Virus record (IMG/VR): IMGVR_UViG_3300036851_000198
Location: 1,829-65,828 of that record
Length of the DNA: 64,000 bases
Source of the DNA: a virus
Taxonomy: Duplodnaviria; Caudoviricetes
Direction: 5' to 3' (one strand)
Both the position numbers and the translations under genes were made by a program. Below are positions 37,598 through 48,303 of this stretch, piece after piece. Position 1 is the first letter of the stretch, and each line of letters starts with the position of its first letter. The notes beneath the pieces were generated by a model that worked only from the letters and a program-made list of their open reading frames with translations, had not been told where the DNA came from and searched no databases.

Positions 37598-39892
37598 GTG
37601 GGAACAAGAACCGAAAGAATTGTAGGTTGGCTGCAAATCAAGGATGCAGCCCGCTTCAAGACTGGCATGAAAAGTGCTGCGCGTTCGGTTCGCGAGTTTG
37701 GCGAAGACACAGCGATGACTTCTGCGCAGCTGGATGCGTTGAATAGAATTGAAGCTAGCCTAGAGCGACAGACTATAGTTTTGTCAACAATCATGCAGGG
37801 TGCCAAACATCAAATAAATGATGTTGGCAATGAAGCAGTAAAAACCGCCGCCAAGATGAAGCTACTTGATGGCGCAATGGAGGGCATAGGTTCACATATA
37901 CCAAGACAGCTAACGAGTTGGGCATTCTGGAAGGATCGTCTGAGTCTCACACGAGGTGAGATCATGACGACGGCGATCACGATGGGCTTGTATCTGTCGC
38001 CTGCTCTCATCGCTCTGGGGTCGAGCGCGTCTGCGGCGCTTATGGGCGGCGGAATCGTGGCAGGCGGCGGCATCGCGGCTCTGACCGTCGGCCTAGCGGG
38101 TCTTGGACTGGTTGCCGGTACGGTTTCGGGGCAGATCGGCAAGGTACAAAACGCACAGGAGGCTTACAACCTTGCCGTTGCACAGTACGGTGAAGGCTCG
38201 AAACAGGCAGCCGCAGCATCGGCGCGTCTGTATGGTGTGATCAGCACCCAGGGCGGGCGCCCTACCTGGGATGCAGTAAAAGCGATTCAGGCGCTCAAGG
38301 ACGAGTGGCGCGGAGCCACCGGCGGATCACGTATTCACTTCCTGGGTATGATGACGGATGGCATCAAGAACCTTCGTCGTCTGCTACCAACATTTGCCCA
38401 GGAAACAAATATGAACATGAAGTCGATGCGCGGCGCTTTCGATGAGGCTGGCACCGCGCTTTCGGGCGCCGACTTCAAGGAGACGATCTCATCTTTGAGC
38501 GGGACGTTCCGCAGCATCATTGGCCCTGTGATGCGCGGCATCGCAAATGTAATCATTTCTCTCGGTCGTTGGTTGCGCGCATCTGGTCCGTGGGTCGTAA
38601 GGTGGGCCAATGCCTGGGAGAGAATGACATTCAGCTGGCGCAGGGGATCGAAGGATAGTGACGTACTTCACGGTCGTATTTCCAAGCTTATGTTTGCTGC
38701 TGGTGCCTGGTGGGGTTTGCTCAAGGCTTTGGGGCGCACGCTGAAACTTATATTCAGAGGGTCAAACGAAGAGGGCACCGAGCTAGTCATCCTGCTTACT
38801 CAGCAGATTGATAAGTTCAACGAATGGCTAGATAGAGTTGAAAAAAGTGGCGAGCTACGCGGAGTGTTTCGTTCATATATCAACTCACTCAAAAGCTTGG
38901 TCTGGTCATTCCAACACCCCATCCAGGCCATAAACCGCTACCTTCCGCAGGTCCTTGATGCATTGGCCGTTGCAATGGCAGAGGCCGGTCCACACGCTGC
39001 CGCTCTGTTTTGGAATACATTCTGGGCGCTAGGTAGCTGGGGCAAGTTCTTTACCATTGCATTCTTCTTGTACAAGTTTGGGGTGCTGAAGAAGGTTGGT
39101 GCGATAGTTGGCGGCCAGTTCGCGCTCGCATTCATAGGTGCATTCGCTCCAAAAGCGGCCGCTGCAATCGCCACCGGAACTGCTGGTACGGCTATCGCAA
39201 CGGCTGCCACCGCAGCTGGTGTAACTGCTGGTGGAGTATTTGCCGGGGCATTCGCGGGCGCCATTGCTTTGGGTGTTGTTGGTCTTGGTGTGATTATTGC
39301 AGCTAAGATAAACAGAGAGGTTGAAGAGTTCTTTGGTCTTGGGGATACAGGAAGAAAGAAGCGGGATAATCCGCCAATAGTGGGGCCTACAGGACCTAGC
39401 AACAAACCAGAGGGTGCTTTGCCTCTCATCAAGGAAGGAGGCAAATGGGTCTGGAAGGTCATAGGCGGCCAAGCTGGCGGGCAAATCCCTGGTACCGGCA
39501 GGGGAGACAAAGTCCCGCTGCTAGGTGAGCCGGGCGAATTTATGATGCGCAGAGAGGCTGTGTCTGGGTACGGTCTGTCGCTAATGAATGCGATAAACCA
39601 AGGGATGGTTCCGAAGCTCGCTTTTGGAGGCGTAATCCTTCCGGGTATGATGGCGGAATTTGGCGATGAGCGCGGACCCGAAATCTCCATTGCTGCGCCG
39701 AAGGGCGGAACAATCATCAGCCCCAAACGCAGCGGCTCGGCGTCCGCAGTCGGGAATCTTCAGGAGCCTGCTATCGACGTTGGCGGACTGGTAGCTCCCA
39801 TCCACGTACATATCGAAGTAGACAAACGAGAGATTGCGCGAGCTTACATCGATCACAGAGATGCGCGCAGATCAAAGCGCGGTGAACGCTAA
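37598..39892 (+). CDS. tape measure protein
   Basis: long helical Ala/Gly-rich ORF with hydrophobic segments; PGTGRGDKVP..GEF motif. Confidence 0.9.
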   Translation: MGTRTERIVGWLQIKDAARFKTGMKSAARSVREFGEDTAMTSAQLDALNRIEASLERQTIVLSTIMQGAKHQINDVGNEAVKTAAKMKLLDGAMEGIGSHIPRQLTSWAFWKDRLSLTRGEIMTTAITMGLYLSPALIALGSSASAALMGGGIVAGGGIAALTVGLAGLGLVAGTVSGQIGKVQNAQEAYNLAVAQYGEGSKQAAAASARLYGVISTQGGRPTWDAVKAIQALKDEWRGATGGSRIHFLGMMTDGIKNLRRLLPTFAQETNMNMKSMRGAFDEAGTALSGADFKETISSLSGTFRSIIGPVMRGIANVIISLGRWLRASGPWVVRWANAWERMTFSWRRGSKDSDVLHGRISKLMFAAGAWWGLLKALGRTLKLIFRGSNEEGTELVILLTQQIDKFNEWLDRVEKSGELRGVFRSYINSLKSLVWSFQHPIQAINRYLPQVLDALAVAMAEAGPHAAALFWNTFWALGSWGKFFTIAFFLYKFGVLKKVGAIVGGQFALAFIGAFAPKAAAAIATGTAGTAIATAATAAGVTAGGVFAGAFAGAIALGVVGLGVIIAAKINREVEEFFGLGDTGRKKRDNPPIVGPTGPSNKPEGALPLIKEGGKWVWKVIGGQAGGQIPGTGRGDKVPLLGEPGEFMMRREAVSGYGLSLMNAINQGMVPKLAFGGVILPGMMAEFGDERGPEISIAAPKGGTIISPKRSGSASAVGNLQEPAIDVGGLVAPIHVHIEVDKREIARAYIDHRDARRSKRGER

Positions 39893-40614
39893 TGCCTACC
39901 AGGAAACAATGGCAGAGCGCCGTTCCGAAAATCCCTCGTCCAAACATCAACACCTTCATTATCCGCAGCGACCGCGACGGCTCCACATTCACCGCATACT
40001 TTGGCGACGGACCGCCGATCGTAATTGATGGCTACGGTGGGTGGCAGGTTACTGCAAGGCCGAAGGAAATCGGGATCACAGAATGGATCGGTCGCAACCC
40101 CATTCAGATCGAGATTCCGTTCATGATCGACAACTATACGTTCAATACCGACATAGCAGATCCCGGTATTGAAACTGAGAGAGAAGTTCGTAAGCTTGAG
40201 AAGTTGTGTGGAATTGGCGGACACACCCAGCCTCCGATCTGCACTGTGAATGGTCATGGCGTTATTCCGCACGACGAAAAGAACGCACCCGGCTATCACA
40301 AATGGGTTATCGAGTCTGTGTCTTGGGACAAGGATATGGAGATCAGATCGGGCGCATCCCAGCGCAGGATGAAGTGCGGCGGCTCGATCACTATCAGACA
40401 GTACATAACCGCGAGCAACATTCTGCCACGACTTGGTCCGAACGCTAGGTCGCGCAATCCTGAGATATACATTGTCAAGTCAGGCGATACCATCTCCAAG
40501 ATCGCCGCCAAGAAGTACGGCGATGCTAACAAATGGAAGCGTATCGCAGACGCCAACAACCTTCGTGACCCGCGCTCGCTTACGATTGGAAAGCGGCTTA
40601 GGATTCCTCGATGA
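39892..40614 (+). CDS. tube initiator/baseplate protein with LysM domain
   Basis: YIVKSGDTISKIAAKKYGDANKWKRIADAN. Confidence 0.9.
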   Translation: MPTRKQWQSAVPKIPRPNINTFIIRSDRDGSTFTAYFGDGPPIVIDGYGGWQVTARPKEIGITEWIGRNPIQIEIPFMIDNYTFNTDIADPGIETEREVRKLEKLCGIGGHTQPPICTVNGHGVIPHDEKNAPGYHKWVIESVSWDKDMEIRSGASQRRMKCGGSITIRQYITASNILPRLGPNARSRNPEIYIVKSGDTISKIAAKKYGDANKWKRIADANNLRDPRSLTIGKRLRIPR

Positions 40615-42644
40615 CGACTGCGCAAGAACTACTCGACAATCCAGGCCTTGGTATTGATCCAATCACGGCGAGTGCTTCCGCGTACTCGGACGATGAGCTA
40701 CGTCACTTCCATATCGGCGAGAACGACATTCAGAAGATCCTTCTGAAGATTTACAACTTTGATGGTTCGGGTAAGAAGTCAATTACAGAAGATGTGCGCA
40801 CGGTCGTACTCGACGCGGAGTTTGAGGACTCCATCGATGCCACGCCGACGTTTACGCTTACGCTGCACGATCCTGATTGGGAGCTTCTGAATACGGGCGC
40901 GCTCGATCACACGATCGACATCAACCCCGGCGGGTTGCCTCGTAGATGGTATCGACTGAATACAGTCAACGTTTCCGACAATACTATCACCCTAGTCTTC
41001 ATAACCCGCAACGCTGCCTACCTGAGCTTCCACACAAAGCCGTACAAGATCAGCCGCAGCAAGATGACTCGGGCGCAGTTCATCTTGACGATGCTAAACC
41101 ACGTCAAGAAGAAGGGCGTCAAGATCAAGCTGTTCTGCCCCGAGCTTGAGAAGAAGCAGCCGATTGCCAAGACTAAGCCAGCGTCCAAGAAGTCAAAGGA
41201 CGAGCGCCGCAGGCCGGGGTTTGAGTCTGACGAGAAGCTGGAAGTCATGAGTAACGCTGGCGAAGTCCGGATTGCCGACTTTAGCCAATTGAAGGTGATG
41301 GAGGAAGCTCTAGAGGGTGCAGTCGATGTAGGCGTAAGTCCTCGCGGAATGGTCGCCGGTCTCATGGTGATCATGATCGAAACAGACACCGGCAAGGCGC
41401 GCAACGCAAACCCAAAGTACAAAGGTGTCTTCCAGCAGGACCCCCGGTACTGGCCTGCAACTGGTGATGTCTACAAAGACGGCGTAGGTGCAAATGGCAA
41501 GACCGGGTTCTGGCCGAGGCTGAAGGAGTATCTTGCAGAGCATCCGGACTCCGATCTTGGAGAGGCTGGTCGAGCGGTACAGAATCCGGGCGACCCCACT
41601 TACGGGATGAAGCTCAATCGCGCTCGTCCATATGCCGATAAAGCTGTCAAGGCGTACACGGGCGGCGGCGGCGCCGACGACGTAACCTGGGCGAAGAAGT
41701 ATGAGTTCATGATCGGACCGCCGGATGGTCCTCGCGGCGAGAACTATCTGGCTGTCACCCACCGTCTTGCTGAAGAGGTCAATTGGCGTGCATACTGGGT
41801 GCGCGATGTGCTGCACTACATCAGCGATAAGGACCTGTTTGCGGCCAAAGCTCGCGCCAGACTGCGCCGGTACGAGAATGGCGTTGAGAGTGTCAGCTTT
41901 GGATGGGATCGCGGCAAGAAGCTAAACAATATGATCATCCGTGTACGTATGAAGAAGTGGTTCGCGCCGATTGGAACGGTAGTCATATTTGACGAGGGAG
42001 GACCGGCTCGCGGGCGCTGGCTAGTGACGAACATTCGCAGGTCAATGTTCGATACGCTCGGAGAGGTCACTCTGAGCAAGCCGATAAACGAGAAGAAGGA
42101 ACCCGCTCACGAGATGGGCAGCCGACCAAAGGACGGTGGCGATACAAATCCGTCAACGCCCGCCGACCACGACGGAACTCCGAAGGACATCATCGACAAC
42201 GTCGTCATTCCGATTGCGCAGCGCATCGGCACCTTCCAGGCAGGTGGCGGCCAGGGCTTCCTGACACCTGAAAGCGTCGATAAGGCTAATGCCCCCAGAC
42301 GAGGCGGACGCACAAAGGGTGGTAGCCCGTCCGACCACGGCGGACCGCCCGAAGAGAGATGGGCTGCCGATATCAGCGATAATTGGGCAGCCACTAACGG
42401 CACGCCGTTGATGGATGAACTCGCCGAAGCTCTGGCAAAGGAGTTCGGGCTTCCGAAGGCTTGGGGAAACAACAAGTGTTACTCTGTCGTAAAGGGCGAC
42501 TACCGATACAACATCTGCTACAAGATGAACGACGACCAGGCTGGTAATCACTTCGACCATGTTCACTTCGGAGTGAAGTATATCGGTCCCGGCTTCCCCG
42601 ATCGTCGCGGACAGAAGAACGAACCGCCGCCGGGTGACTCGTGA
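40611..42644 (+). CDS. baseplate hub with inserted muralytic domains
   Basis: gpD-like halves; internal IET...GVFQQ lysozyme-like segment; C-terminal SDH...AADI...HFDHVH metallopeptidase-like motif. Confidence 0.75.
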   Translation: MTTAQELLDNPGLGIDPITASASAYSDDELRHFHIGENDIQKILLKIYNFDGSGKKSITEDVRTVVLDAEFEDSIDATPTFTLTLHDPDWELLNTGALDHTIDINPGGLPRRWYRLNTVNVSDNTITLVFITRNAAYLSFHTKPYKISRSKMTRAQFILTMLNHVKKKGVKIKLFCPELEKKQPIAKTKPASKKSKDERRRPGFESDEKLEVMSNAGEVRIADFSQLKVMEEALEGAVDVGVSPRGMVAGLMVIMIETDTGKARNANPKYKGVFQQDPRYWPATGDVYKDGVGANGKTGFWPRLKEYLAEHPDSDLGEAGRAVQNPGDPTYGMKLNRARPYADKAVKAYTGGGGADDVTWAKKYEFMIGPPDGPRGENYLAVTHRLAEEVNWRAYWVRDVLHYISDKDLFAAKARARLRRYENGVESVSFGWDRGKKLNNMIIRVRMKKWFAPIGTVVIFDEGGPARGRWLVTNIRRSMFDTLGEVTLSKPINEKKEPAHEMGSRPKDGGDTNPSTPADHDGTPKDIIDNVVIPIAQRIGTFQAGGGQGFLTPESVDKANAPRRGGRTKGGSPSDHGGPPEERWAADISDNWAATNGTPLMDELAEALAKEFGLPKAWGNNKCYSVVKGDYRYNICYKMNDDQAGNHFDHVHFGVKYIGPGFPDRRGQKNEPPPGDS

Positions 42645-43948
42645 CCGTCCAAATCTACAACGGCGTAATCGTAGATGATGCTACAACGCCTGGCGATCAG
42701 GTGCGTGTATCCGTTCCCGACTTGAACTACATGGGGCGCAAGGTATATGGCCCAATGAAGTTCCTTGCGGTTGTGTCTCCAGACCGGAGCCTGGTTCTGC
42801 CGAAGCGCGGCGACCTTGCGCTCATCGGAACCGACGACACGGCGGCTGGCGCGCCATGGGTGGTCGCTTGGTATAGCGCAGAGCTGATCGCGGAGCTAGG
42901 CGAGACACCACCAGACTTTGCCACTCAAGATGAACTCAATTCTCGCTTCCCGGTCGTCGCAGGGGATCTCGTCAAGCCGATCAATCTAGAAGACACCCCC
43001 GGCTCTGATCCGTTGTATCGGGGGCGGGTAACGGGGGACGTGAATCCGCGATGGGAGCAGCGGGCGGACGGGACGATGGTGTGGGGCGACGGGACTGCTG
43101 CGCCCGACGTGAGCTTGTATCGAGCGTTCGCTTTGCAGATGGTAATGAATGCAAGCCTTCAGCTTTCTGGAAACTTGGTCAACGCCACCTTTAGTGCCGC
43201 AGGCTCTAACAGCGCCAACACAAGTCTCGACGCTCCCGCCAGTTGCACCCATGACATGCGGGCATCCTCCTCAGGCGCCGATTTGAAGCGGTCGCGGATC
43301 ATCAACGCTGGCGGCAAGACACACCTTCAGCAGGTCGATGATGCGTACACCGTCGCGCAGAACATTGCTGTGTTCGACCATACTTCTCGTCGCGTGAACT
43401 TTCCGGTCGGAATTGAACTTCCAACGCTCGCTACTGGAGCATCGCTCGGAACCGGAGCGGATGGTGAAATCAAGCATTACCTGGCCGATGCGGCCAACGG
43501 TGTTGTCTGGACGTTCCGCTATCGGGCGGCGTCCGCGTCTGCTTACAAATGGGAATTCATAGGTGGACCATCGTTGTTTGCAGAGATACTAACAAACGAG
43601 TCAACATCCAGCAACACATTTGTGGATTTGTTTACCGCCGGGCCATCAATAGCTCTCCCGTTGGCAGGCGATTACGATGTGTCTATTGGGGCAAGAATGT
43701 ACAATGATGCAAATGGCGCAGGTGCCGAAATGAGCTATAATATCGGAGCCACGGCTGCCGTTGTAGCTGATGGGATCTCTAACTTTGCCAATAACGCTGA
43801 TACGGTTGCGTCTAACAGCGCAAGAGTCAGGCGTAAGACTGGCCTCACAGCCGTAACTTTGACTGCTAAGTATCGTCGGGCCACCGCTGCTGGCAATGCC
43901 CTCTTCCATGATCGTTGGATGTGCGCCATTCCTATCAGGGTGATGTAA
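42641..43948 (+). CDS. baseplate spike (gpV-like N-terminus) with fibre extension
   Basis: VRVSVPD...LPKRGDLALIG...PWVVAW followed by beta-rich domains. Confidence 0.7.
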   Translation: MTVQIYNGVIVDDATTPGDQVRVSVPDLNYMGRKVYGPMKFLAVVSPDRSLVLPKRGDLALIGTDDTAAGAPWVVAWYSAELIAELGETPPDFATQDELNSRFPVVAGDLVKPINLEDTPGSDPLYRGRVTGDVNPRWEQRADGTMVWGDGTAAPDVSLYRAFALQMVMNASLQLSGNLVNATFSAAGSNSANTSLDAPASCTHDMRASSSGADLKRSRIINAGGKTHLQQVDDAYTVAQNIAVFDHTSRRVNFPVGIELPTLATGASLGTGADGEIKHYLADAANGVVWTFRYRAASASAYKWEFIGGPSLFAEILTNESTSSNTFVDLFTAGPSIALPLAGDYDVSIGARMYNDANGAGAEMSYNIGATAAVVADGISNFANNADTVASNSARVRRKTGLTAVTLTAKYRRATAAGNALFHDRWMCAIPIRVM

Positions 43949-44296
43949 ATGACTGAATTCAGACAGCGTGATGTAGAAACACCCCACTTTGCGCTACCAT
44001 TTAGACTAGGCGGCATAAACGGCGGGGCGATTGTGAATGAGCAGGACTCAGACTCCGATATCACCGATTGCATCAAGACCATAATTGCATTTCCGATCGG
44101 TAGCCGTGAGGAGTTGCCGCAGTTTGGTATTCCGGATCTGTTGTTCCGAGAGATAACAACCGATACTGTGTCGGATGTTCGCGATGCAGTCGCAAGATGG
44201 GAGACTCGTGTGGACTTGGAAGGCGAGGATCTGCCGACGTTCGATGAAATGGTAAAGAGCATCTTGTTGAAGGCTCGAGGTAGTGATCCGACGTAA
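43949..44296 (+). CDS. baseplate wedge / sheath initiator (gp25/GPW)
   Basis: FPIGSREELPQFGIPD, RWETRV. Confidence 0.85.
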   Translation: MTEFRQRDVETPHFALPFRLGGINGGAIVNEQDSDSDITDCIKTIIAFPIGSREELPQFGIPDLLFREITTDTVSDVRDAVARWETRVDLEGEDLPTFDEMVKSILLKARGSDPT

Positions 44297-45759
44297 TGCC
44301 AGACTACATCATCGAACCGCTTGAGACCGACCCTGAGGTAATCCGTCAGGATGTAATATCATTCATCCAGGCAGAGTTCCCCGAATGGGAGCCGTCTGAA
44401 GGGCAACTAGACCAGTTGATTTTGAGAGCCACCTCTCTCAAGGCAGCCGTCATTGCAGATATGGCTAGCCGTGTTCAGCGTTCGATTTATCGCTATTTCG
44501 GCGCCACCGTCACGAACATCCTTCCAATAGCCGAGACTTACGCTTCTGTCGTTATCGACTTTGTGGCTATGGATACGGATGGCCACACAATCGACGGCGG
44601 TACACAAGTTGGTTTAGTAGATGCTAACGGCGACATCCATCTATTTTCTACGGTTACAGACGCGGTGATACCAGCCGCGTCTAACAGCGTCCAGGCAGTT
44701 GCTGAGGCGCTAGAGGCGGGCACGGCGGATAGCGGCTTGTCAGGGCCTGTGCAGCTTGTTGAACAGATCGACTGGCTAGAATCTGCCTCGACGGTAGCTC
44801 CGAGTGCTGGCGGCGGCGATCCGGAGGACGACGAGACATACCTCAATCGTCTTACAAATAATCTCGGACTTATGGCTCCGCGTCCGATTCTGGCGCCCGA
44901 TTTTGCCATAATCGCTCGTAACATTCCCGGTGTATGGCGGGCGATTGCTATTGATAACTACCTGCCGGGAACAAACCAAGTCAACACCATCGACTTCACC
45001 GGCACAGTTTCTGGCGGCACGTATACACTCACCCTTGCTGGTGAGACAACTGCCTCTATCAATTGGAATGATTCGGCTGCTACTGTGCAGGCTCGCTTGG
45101 AAGCCCTAGCGAATACCGAAGCTGGTGACGTAACTGTTACCGGCGGTCCTGGTCCGACAGACATGACCGTTACCCACAAGGGTCGATTCGTATATACCTC
45201 TCGGACGATGTCTGCCACAAGCAGCCTTACTGGTGGCGGTAGCGTTTCCGTTACCACCGCGACTGCGGCTGTGGCCGCTAATACAGCAACCGAGAACGCA
45301 GTTGCTGTGGCAGCCATTGATCAAACTGGGATTGGTGTCACCGGTGACATCAAAACCGAGCTAGATGAATACCTTCAATCTTTGAGACAGCAAAACTTTG
45401 TCGTTAGCGTCGTAGATCCGTCGTATACCACAATAGATGTAACGTTCACCGTCGTCAAGCTACCAGGATCGGAGGCTGCCGATGTTGATACCCGCGCCGA
45501 AGGCGCAGTCACCTCATATTTTGACTCTGCTAACTGGGGTATTCCGGATTACCCTGCTGATGGTAGAGGTTGGGAGCGCAAGACTGCGCTACGAATTCAG
45601 GAAATCTACACCATCCTCAACAACGTGCCCGGCGTCGATTACGTATCCGCGCTCACCTTCAGCAATGGAGCGGGCGCAACGCAGGACGGCACAGACAAGA
45701 CGCTCACAGGCACATTCCCGATAACACGACCGGGCACGATTGCCGGGACGGTGGTATAG
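44296..45759 (+). CDS. baseplate J protein
   Basis: GGGDPEDDETYLNRL, IPGVWRA, VPGVDYV. Confidence 0.9.
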   Translation: MPDYIIEPLETDPEVIRQDVISFIQAEFPEWEPSEGQLDQLILRATSLKAAVIADMASRVQRSIYRYFGATVTNILPIAETYASVVIDFVAMDTDGHTIDGGTQVGLVDANGDIHLFSTVTDAVIPAASNSVQAVAEALEAGTADSGLSGPVQLVEQIDWLESASTVAPSAGGGDPEDDETYLNRLTNNLGLMAPRPILAPDFAIIARNIPGVWRAIAIDNYLPGTNQVNTIDFTGTVSGGTYTLTLAGETTASINWNDSAATVQARLEALANTEAGDVTVTGGPGPTDMTVTHKGRFVYTSRTMSATSSLTGGGSVSVTTATAAVAANTATENAVAVAAIDQTGIGVTGDIKTELDEYLQSLRQQNFVVSVVDPSYTTIDVTFTVVKLPGSEAADVDTRAEGAVTSYFDSANWGIPDYPADGRGWERKTALRIQEIYTILNNVPGVDYVSALTFSNGAGATQDGTDKTLTGTFPITRPGTIAGTVV

Positions 45760-45760
45760 A

Positions 45761-46390
45761 ATGTCTGTCGGCGAAGAACTGTATGAAACACTTACGCCGC
45801 TTGTACAACAGTACGGCGACCCCGACGACGCGCTACTTACATATATGACCGGCATAGGAATAATGTTTCAGCCGGTAGACGATATGGCAAAGGATGGGCC
45901 GAATGGCGAGCCTGGCTGGAGCCAGGTAATCGACCTTACACGAGCCAAGACCGAGTGGCTGCCGTGGCTGGGGCAATGGGTTGGTTACTATGTTCCGGAA
46001 AAGGCTGAATCACAAACTGATGAAGAGTATGACGAGCTTGAGCGTGGGCGGATCATATCAAGATCGTCACACCGCAGAGGATCAATCCCAATACTCCGCG
46101 AGGTTGTGCAGGAACACCTCAATGACCCCAAAGATGTAATCATCGATGAGCGAACGAGCAGTCCTCATCAGATTCACGTGTATATTTACAACACCCAGAT
46201 AGCCACAACTGCGGCGCAGGCTGAAGCAGCGGCCCGAAGACAAAAAGCCGCAGGATTGATAATGACTTTCACAATCCTTGGTCTTGGTAGCGTATCTTAC
46301 ACAAACCTACAAGCTGCAAACACGGACTATACGGAAGTCATAACTAGACACGTAGACTATACTAGTGCTTTGACGAACCCCGGCTTGTGA
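45761..46390 (+). CDS. baseplate protein (P2 gpI-like)
   Basis: WLPWLGQWVG, HRRGS. Confidence 0.85.
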   Translation: MSVGEELYETLTPLVQQYGDPDDALLTYMTGIGIMFQPVDDMAKDGPNGEPGWSQVIDLTRAKTEWLPWLGQWVGYYVPEKAESQTDEEYDELERGRIISRSSHRRGSIPILREVVQEHLNDPKDVIIDERTSSPHQIHVYIYNTQIATTAAQAEAAARRQKAAGLIMTFTILGLGSVSYTNLQAANTDYTEVITRHVDYTSALTNPGL

Positions 46391-46407
46391 TATAGACTGG
46401 AGCTTGA

Positions 46408-47217
46408 ATGCCAACTACAACTAGAGGATTTCGTTACCCGCTGGCATCGGATGCGCCGAATGTCCCGTTGGACATGCAGGAGCTTGCTGAAGACATAGAT
46501 CTGATGTGGATCAGCGGTACTCTGGCGGCTCGACCCGCGGCCAGCAAGATCGGCCGCGAGTACCTGGCTACCGACACCGGCGAGACTTTTGTTGATACTG
46601 GTAGCTCTTGGATTTACAAAGGTCGAGCGATTGGTTCCGGTGCAAACAATGTTGTTGCCGGAAACGATGCCCGTCTTACGGACCAGCGCGTTCCGACAGA
46701 TAGTAGTGTAACCAATGCCAAGGTTGCAGCGGCAGCCGCAATTGCGGAGTCAAAGCTAGCCCTGGCGTCGGACGCCGCATCAGGCACAGCGTCGCGGCGC
46801 ACTTTGGGTACGGGAGCTACACAAGCAGCAGCCGGAAACGACGCCCGTTTGTCTGACCAGCGAGTGCCAACGGATGCATCGGTTACAATAGCAAAACTGG
46901 CCACTGCCGTGCTCAACAATTTCCTCAAGCTTGCTACATCAGCAGATCGCAAGTTGGCATTTGGCACCGGAACATCTCCTGCCTTTGACAGCACTTCTGG
47001 TCGTTCAAAGGTTGCCAGTACGATTTCTCATGGCTTGGGACTTACTCCTGTTTTTGCAGTTGTTGTTCCAGGCGGCATAGCGGTTTCGGAGGCAGCAGGA
47101 CAGTACGCTCCTGGATCCGCAGTGACAGCTTTGAGCACGACGTTGATTACCTATCTCCTAACGGCACCAGGTACCTCCAATAACAGCGTAACTTATTGGT
47201 GGGCGGCGATAGCATGA
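46408..47217 (+). CDS. tail fibre protein
   Basis: GTLAARPAA, AGNDARL(T/S)DQRVPTD repeat x2, HGLGLTP. Confidence 0.8.
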   Translation: MPTTTRGFRYPLASDAPNVPLDMQELAEDIDLMWISGTLAARPAASKIGREYLATDTGETFVDTGSSWIYKGRAIGSGANNVVAGNDARLTDQRVPTDSSVTNAKVAAAAAIAESKLALASDAASGTASRRTLGTGATQAAAGNDARLSDQRVPTDASVTIAKLATAVLNNFLKLATSADRKLAFGTGTSPAFDSTSGRSKVASTISHGLGLTPVFAVVVPGGIAVSEAAGQYAPGSAVTALSTTLITYLLTAPGTSNNSVTYWWAAIA

Positions 47218-47837
47218 TGAAACGGCGGATCAGGCTGCCAACCACACCACTTCGCCGATGGTTTACCACACCAGTGGTTCCCAGACGGTGGGCGCTCGCG
47301 GCGATCGGATCGACAGCAGGAATCTTGTTGGCTGTAGCAGTCCTGAGCGCCGATCAGATTGTAGATCTGTTGCGAAAGGAACGCCGCGACGCGGTGAGCG
47401 CGGTTCGCAAGGAGGTCGTGGAGGTCAAGCGGGAGCAACTAGAGCCCGCTGAGGTCGGCAGGATCACTGAGCGTTTGATTCGTGCTAGTCAGCCTACGCC
47501 CGCGCAGACTCGCCGAGAGGTGGATCGCGCGCTGCGCCGTCTTACGGTCCGTCAGCGCCAGCACCTCCTGAACTCGCTGCTGCGGGTGGCGACGAAGCGC
47601 CAGCGGCGAATAATTCTGGGGTTGGTCGCGCCGCCTCCGATCCAGTTGAAACCCAGCGTACCGTTGCGCGCGCCGAGTCCGATTCCTCGGTCTGTGAATC
47701 CTCCGGTTGTGACGCCGCCAGTGGTTGACGTTCCGCCAATTGTACCCCAGGTGACGCCTCGTCCTCCACTTGATGACGATGGCGATGATGAGGACGATGA
47801 GGATGAGAACGACGACGAGTCGGGGAACGGTGGTTAG
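47214..47837 (+). CDS. membrane-anchored protein with Pro-rich and acidic tail
   Basis: one hydrophobic segment, helical middle, PPVV repeats. Confidence 0.6.
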   Translation: MMKRRIRLPTTPLRRWFTTPVVPRRWALAAIGSTAGILLAVAVLSADQIVDLLRKERRDAVSAVRKEVVEVKREQLEPAEVGRITERLIRASQPTPAQTRREVDRALRRLTVRQRQHLLNSLLRVATKRQRRIILGLVAPPPIQLKPSVPLRAPSPIPRSVNPPVVTPPVVDVPPIVPQVTPRPPLDDDGDDEDDEDENDDESGNGG

Positions 47838-47838
47838 T

Positions 47839-48303
47839 ATGCAAGACGATCCGGGCCAAGATGTGCAAGGAGCTGTGACTGGCGAGCATCAGAAACTAGT
47901 CATCGAGGAAACGCTGCGCCAGGTGGCGTCGCGGTCGGACCGGCGACTGTTCATCAAGGCGGCTCTGGTCGGGTTCTTTCTGGCACTAGTCGTGATGATC
48001 CCGGCGACCTGGGTGGTCGGGCTAGAGTTGGCATCTGTCGGTGATGTTGAGCGCTTGGCTTCAAGAAACTGCACTACGGTCCGTGAGATCTCCGACATCT
48101 TCGAGCAAGATGAGGTCGCCGAAGCCGCCGCGACGCGGAACTTCCTGAAGCGCGGCACGCTCGGGTTGACCAAGAAGGAGTTGGAGCAGACGCTCAAGAA
48201 CAACGCTGAGCGCGACGCTGTAAAGATTGTGCGGCTCCGCGCCTTGGCGCAGAGTGATTGTCCGAAGCCGAAGCCCGAGCCTAAGGCGAAGAAGGGTTCG
48301 TAG
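47839..48303 (+). CDS. single-pass membrane protein, lysis-accessory type
   Basis: AALVGFFLALVVMIPATWVVGL segment; extracellular Cys pair. Confidence 0.65.
   Translation: MQDDPGQDVQGAVTGEHQKLVIEETLRQVASRSDRRLFIKAALVGFFLALVVMIPATWVVGLELASVGDVERLASRNCTTVREISDIFEQDEVAEAAATRNFLKRGTLGLTKKELEQTLKNNAERDAVKIVRLRALAQSDCPKPKPEPKAKKGS

Noticed and set aside
46650-46900. Repeat in the tail fibre, and the repeat at about 19805-19925, as DGR template/variable repeats
   Set aside because: These are in-frame protein repeats with mainly synonymous, non-adenine-specific differences, and no reverse transcriptase is in the window.
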